64,000 nt of DNA, taken from assembly GCA_964270895.1 (NCBI GenBank), contig OZ185443.1. One strand, 5' to 3'. Position numbers and translations under genes: made by a program. The stretch comes from Podarcis filfolensis (lineage: Eukaryota). Below, one piece after another: positions 59,967-64,000 of this stretch; the stretch's first letter is position 1, and the number at the start of each line of letters is the position of its first letter. The notes under the pieces were generated by a model. That model was not told the origin of the DNA. It saw only the letters and a list, made by a program, of their open reading frames with translations, and searched no databases.

Positions 59967-62786
59967 CTGGTAGGTTGGCAACATTATCAGCAGTTGAGAT
60001 GGTGTTGTGAAGATGGGATTGTGGGCAGAGCAAAGGAGTGAAGAAAGCATGCTATTAGCAAATAGAGTGCAACTTCCAGGGGGATGATTTAAGCACTCCA
60101 ATAAAACCCTTCACTCCCCCCCCCCACAACTTTCTTTCTCTTTTCTCAAAACCATTGGAATCCAACAGAATCCCATTCTGTTCAATCTATAGTATGGAAA
60201 TAGTTTGAAGTAGTGACCCTGTGGCTTAATGGTTCCCCTTATACTTAAAAGTAACAAGCAACCCATTCCATCATTCTTTGTCCTGTTGAAATATATATAT
60301 CACTCATAATTTTAAGGGAATTCTTCAGGAAGGGGGAAAAAATGAAGTTAAGTTCCTCCGACAAGCAACGGTGTGCTACTTAGTCCCCTGGAAGGTACAC
60401 AGAAGGTAGCCAGCCATATGCTCTTTTCATAGTGCACAATTCTGCCTTTATATACCAGCAGAATTTATAAACAAGCAAAAACAAAACAAAACACTGTCAC
60501 CTTTACGTCACCTTTATATGCACAACATATAAAATCATTTGCAGTAGCAATGATAGATGCAAAGCAAAATAAGCTACTTTCATACATCAACTAATGGCTT
60601 AATTGAACTAACTGCTATCACCTCAAATATCAAAATGCAAACATACTAAGCTACATGGAGTTTCGGCTATAATTATGTACCTCAAATATTGATTAAGAAA
60701 CTTATATCACTGAAACTATTATCAAGCTATAGTTCATATATTTGTGTTTTGTGCACAATACTTAATATGTTTCCAGTTGCCTAGTAACATAATAATGTTA
60801 GGAATGAATTAAGATTGAAGAAACAGTTGAGTAGCAACATTTATTTACACAGCACATTTTACTACCTCAGTGTTAACTATTAATGGATATTAAATTTTTA
60901 AATAATGGAAAAAATATTTCCCATCATTAGTACATAAGTATATGTAGCTCACTATATATATAAAGATTATATTTGATATGTTCTTAATAGTTCTTATATT
61001 GTGATCTGCGGTTGCAATTCTGCATGCAATGACATGTACAGAAATCCTGTCAGTTTTGACTGGATTAAACTGAACTGAACTGATTTCAGCCGATTGATTG
61101 ATTTCAAGCAATGACTTTCCAGGGACCCTAGCTTTCCTCCCATGAGCAGAACAGAGTTCACAGAAGAGGGTTTTAGTGCTTGGGGAATTTTTGGGAATGG
61201 CATAGGCTATAGTGCAAAGGGCTGCTGATGGAGAAAACAGTTGGTCCCTCCCTCCCATAAATGGAGAGAGAAGCAACTTAGGACCCAAGTCAATGTCATC
61301 AGGACATTTCAGCCCTAAAATTGTATAATTATCTTTTAGTCACATTTTAACTGCTGAGGTATGATATGCAATGCAATCCTAAACATGTTTACAATACATG
61401 TGCCTCTGTGCTAAAAGGGAGTTAGTCCCCAAATTTGCAAAGGCTGGTAATAGCAACCTTGCATTTTTAAATAAACCTTGGAAGTGACAATAGCATAATA
61501 ACTGTTACGCGTGTATCATTTTTAACTGAAGGAAGTTGAGCTAAGTCAAGTTGTGGGGTGTTTTCTATATTAAAAAAACAAATAGAATTGTTCCTTTAAA
61601 AAGCAATGTAAGTGTTAAATATGTGGCTAATATCACGTCTGCTTTGGCCACAAAAACTTGGTCCTCAGAAAAATTGCTTGGCCTTCATTCAATGTTATCC
61701 TTTCTTTAAAAAAAAACAAAAACTTCAGTAGCAAACCCCATTCTTTATAAATTGTTGAAGCATCTGGAGCACCACCATGCAAGGTTGGCAAAGGACCCAA
61801 AATGATGCTTTGCTAATTGAACGTTACAATAGTTAACATCATCCAATCAACCAGACACATGTAAGGCTGAAATTACTACAGGCCTTTAACGATGTTACTT
61901 GGTTTTTCTCTGGTGGTTGCAAACCACAACAACTGCAATTCATTCAGGTTCCTATCTGGATCCTGGGACTTGGTTATGCATATACCCCATTCGTGCAAAA
62001 TATGGACTTTAGCCATTGATGGCTGTACAAAGTAAACAAAAATTAGTGATAAATCAGGGGTCAAAATACCCCATTAACATTTTCAGGCAGATATCAACAT
62101 ACTGTTGTCTTTAGCTACCTATGAAAAGCAAAATGTAATTTATTTCAGATATGCTATTGAGGTATCTTAAGTAAAGCTGACCTGACAAAAAGAAACTCAA
62201 GGCTGTTGATCGTAAACAGATGCTATCCATTAATTTCACACTATCCTCCGCCACACCAATTATTTATCAAGGCTTTTCTTCTCCTGACACCTTTTGTACT
62301 TTCTAACATTGAGTTAGTGATTCATAGAATCTCACATAAAAGGACCCAGGAGCAGTGAGACTAGGACCTCCAGGGCATTTACTCATACTTGTCAGAGACT
62401 GGTTTTCTTCTTGTAAGTCTTATTGAGCAAAGTCAGGTACAAACAGTTCTTTCTATCTATTGTAATAGCTATATATAATTGAAAATGGGCAGCATGCTAA
62501 CTTTGTTATCTTTCTGAAATCAGTATGTGTCTTGATTGTTTTTTAAGCCTGCCTTCAACTGGCAGCATTGCACATGCCACAAAATAATGAGTTAAGATTT
62601 TGGTTGAGATCATCGTTAATTGCAACCACAATGGTATTTTAGTTGTTCCTTCAAAACTGACCAACTGTAATAAACAAAACCTTCAAAATCCTCCAGCACA
62701 TCTACAGCATGGATGCGGGTATTTAATGACAGATGCCACAAGGGAGCACTGAAGAGAACATTGTTTTCATGCTGCAAAATACCTAC

Positions 62787-62798
62787 CTGGGCACAGTG
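62787..62798 (-). CDS. ANK2: ANK2 12-nt microexon, phase 2-2, adds TVPS
   Basis: tttgtatgctttcattag|CACTGTGCCCAG|gtaggt; frame preserving; UGC in the acceptor tract and GCATG 14-18 nt downstream. Confidence 0.85.
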
Positions 62799-62845
62799 CT
62801 AATGAAAGCATACAAAGAGGGGAGAGAGAAATAATAAACATGGAA

Positions 62846-62885
62846 CATGATTGTGAAAGAAAAACCATGATTGTGAAAGAAAAAC
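62846..62885. repeat. 20-bp exact tandem duplication
   Basis: catgattgtgaaagaaaaac twice. Confidence 0.92.
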
Positions 62886-63183
62886 CAGAGGATCTAAAGC
62901 TGAGCTTCTTAAAATAAGTCAGTTCCATAAGCCTGGGCTGGCTAATAGATAGAAGAAGGTACATTTCCCATAGCAGAAAGCAATTGCATAACCACTGCAT
63001 TGCATAGGCTTTCTTTACTGCAATGAAGATCCATATATTTAAGCTAACAATATCATATGTTTAGTGCTTTTAATATTCAGATGGAACATCTCTGTACCTT
63101 TTCATTTTCATGTGAGCTGTGATTAGGGTATTTGCCTGAAATCTGAGGGGGGAGCTTTATGTACACATTTCGAGCCAGTTCTC

Positions 63184-63217
63184 CCTCAGTAAATATTCTT
63201 CCTCAGTAAATATTCTT
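63184..63217. repeat. 17-bp exact tandem duplication
   Basis: cctcagtaaatattctt twice. Confidence 0.88.
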
Positions 63218-63370
63218 CTGTGAATCTACAAGGCAGGCATTCTCTATGCCCACCAAGTCTCTGGGCCTTGAAAGTGTCCTAAAATTGATCCATATACTGT
63301 ACTGGGAGTTTATTCAGCAAAAATACTATGGATGTGTTAGAAAAATATAATATTCTTGGTGTAGTAGTAC

Positions 63371-63515
63371 CTGTCAGATCGGCCTCCTTCCAGGCTGTAC
63401 CTCAGGTAGTTCATACCATCTAAGAACTGGCTGCTGGGTAAGGAATCGTCGCCTAATTCTTTCAGATCTTCCGGTCTAAGATATTCTCCCCCATCTCCTG
63501 TCATAGTGTCGTCAC
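63371..63515 (-). CDS. ANK2: ANK2 exon, 145 nt, phase 1-2: (G)[47 protein letters not shown](S)
   Basis: ttaag|GT acceptor, AG|gtacta donor; peptide matches the ankyrin-B linker after the ankyrin repeats. Confidence 0.95.
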
Positions 63516-64000
63516 CTTAAGCCAAAACACATACAAATTCACAAGATCAATAAACTAATGAAGCCCTACAGCACTGGAAAAGTATGGTCACATATTAGGT
63601 GGATCACCTCAAACACAAACAAACAAAACAGGGAACATTATCCTCATTCTTGAAGCACAGCAAGCACAAGCTGTTAATACACACTAAGAAAACACTGGCA
63701 GATTAAGTGGGATGATATCAGTGTAAGTTTTAAAAAAAACATCAACAGCACCTCACATTGAATCAGTCTTTTGTCCTTTGCCATTATACATACTGTTGGC
63801 TGAACTAATTTTACTTTTGTTCCTTTTTTCCACTTAGTTTCTTGGACACAGCTGGCCTCTGACAGAAACTGCTTCCACATGAGACATTAAAATTTGACTT
63901 TGAGCCCCTATTGCACTATTATGCGCCATATGAGAATGTCATTAATGTGGGACAGAATGTAGAAAAGAAACAGAAATATATATTCTAGCCAGCAGAGAGT

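Larger units (their letters stand above)
5245..64000 (-). other. ANK2: ANK2 (ankyrin-2/ankyrin-B) gene body, 3' half; continues beyond the right edge
   Basis: A chain of phase-compatible GT-AG exons translates to ZU5-ZU5-UPA, giant exon, death domain and C-terminal domain closely matching human ankyrin-B (e.g. [54 protein letters not shown]). The 3' end position is approximate. Confidence 0.98.

Noticed and set aside
63412-63420. Internal donor GATG|GTATGA in the 145-nt exon
   Set aside because: Phase 1, incompatible with the downstream phase-2 acceptors; no supporting evidence.

Overview
Vertebrate genomic DNA, most likely from a lacertid lizard judging by its repeat landscape (Sauria SINEs, Squam3-like SINE, L2/CR1/L1 LINEs, TA-flanked Tc1/mariner-type MITEs). 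Almost the whole window is the 3' half of ankyrin-2 (ANK2, ankyrin-B) on the minus strand. I assembled 27 exons by hand with GT-AG boundaries and matching phases. They cover the linker after the ankyrin repeats, ZU5-ZU5-UPA, the 5,982-nt giant exon, the death domain, the obscurin-binding C-terminal region, a terminal exon readable in two frames, and a ~2.1-kb 3' UTR. The ankyrin-repeat exons lie beyond the right edge. Best leads: (1) 9-nt and 12-nt frame-preserving microexons invisible to the ORF track; (2) the giant-exon Ser/Pro/Lys repeat has a 9-aa period here versus the 12-aa microtubule-binding repeat of human giant ankyrin-B; (3) a candidate internal first exon plus upstream acceptor that join in frame with the giant exon; (4) a frame-switch choice between two C-termini; (5) a young 5'-truncated L1 with an intact 568-codon ORF2 remnant and a 19-bp TSD; (6) several candidate poison or cassette exons. 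Splicing calls are inferred from sequence and my recollection of human ANK2; no expression data or database searches were available.
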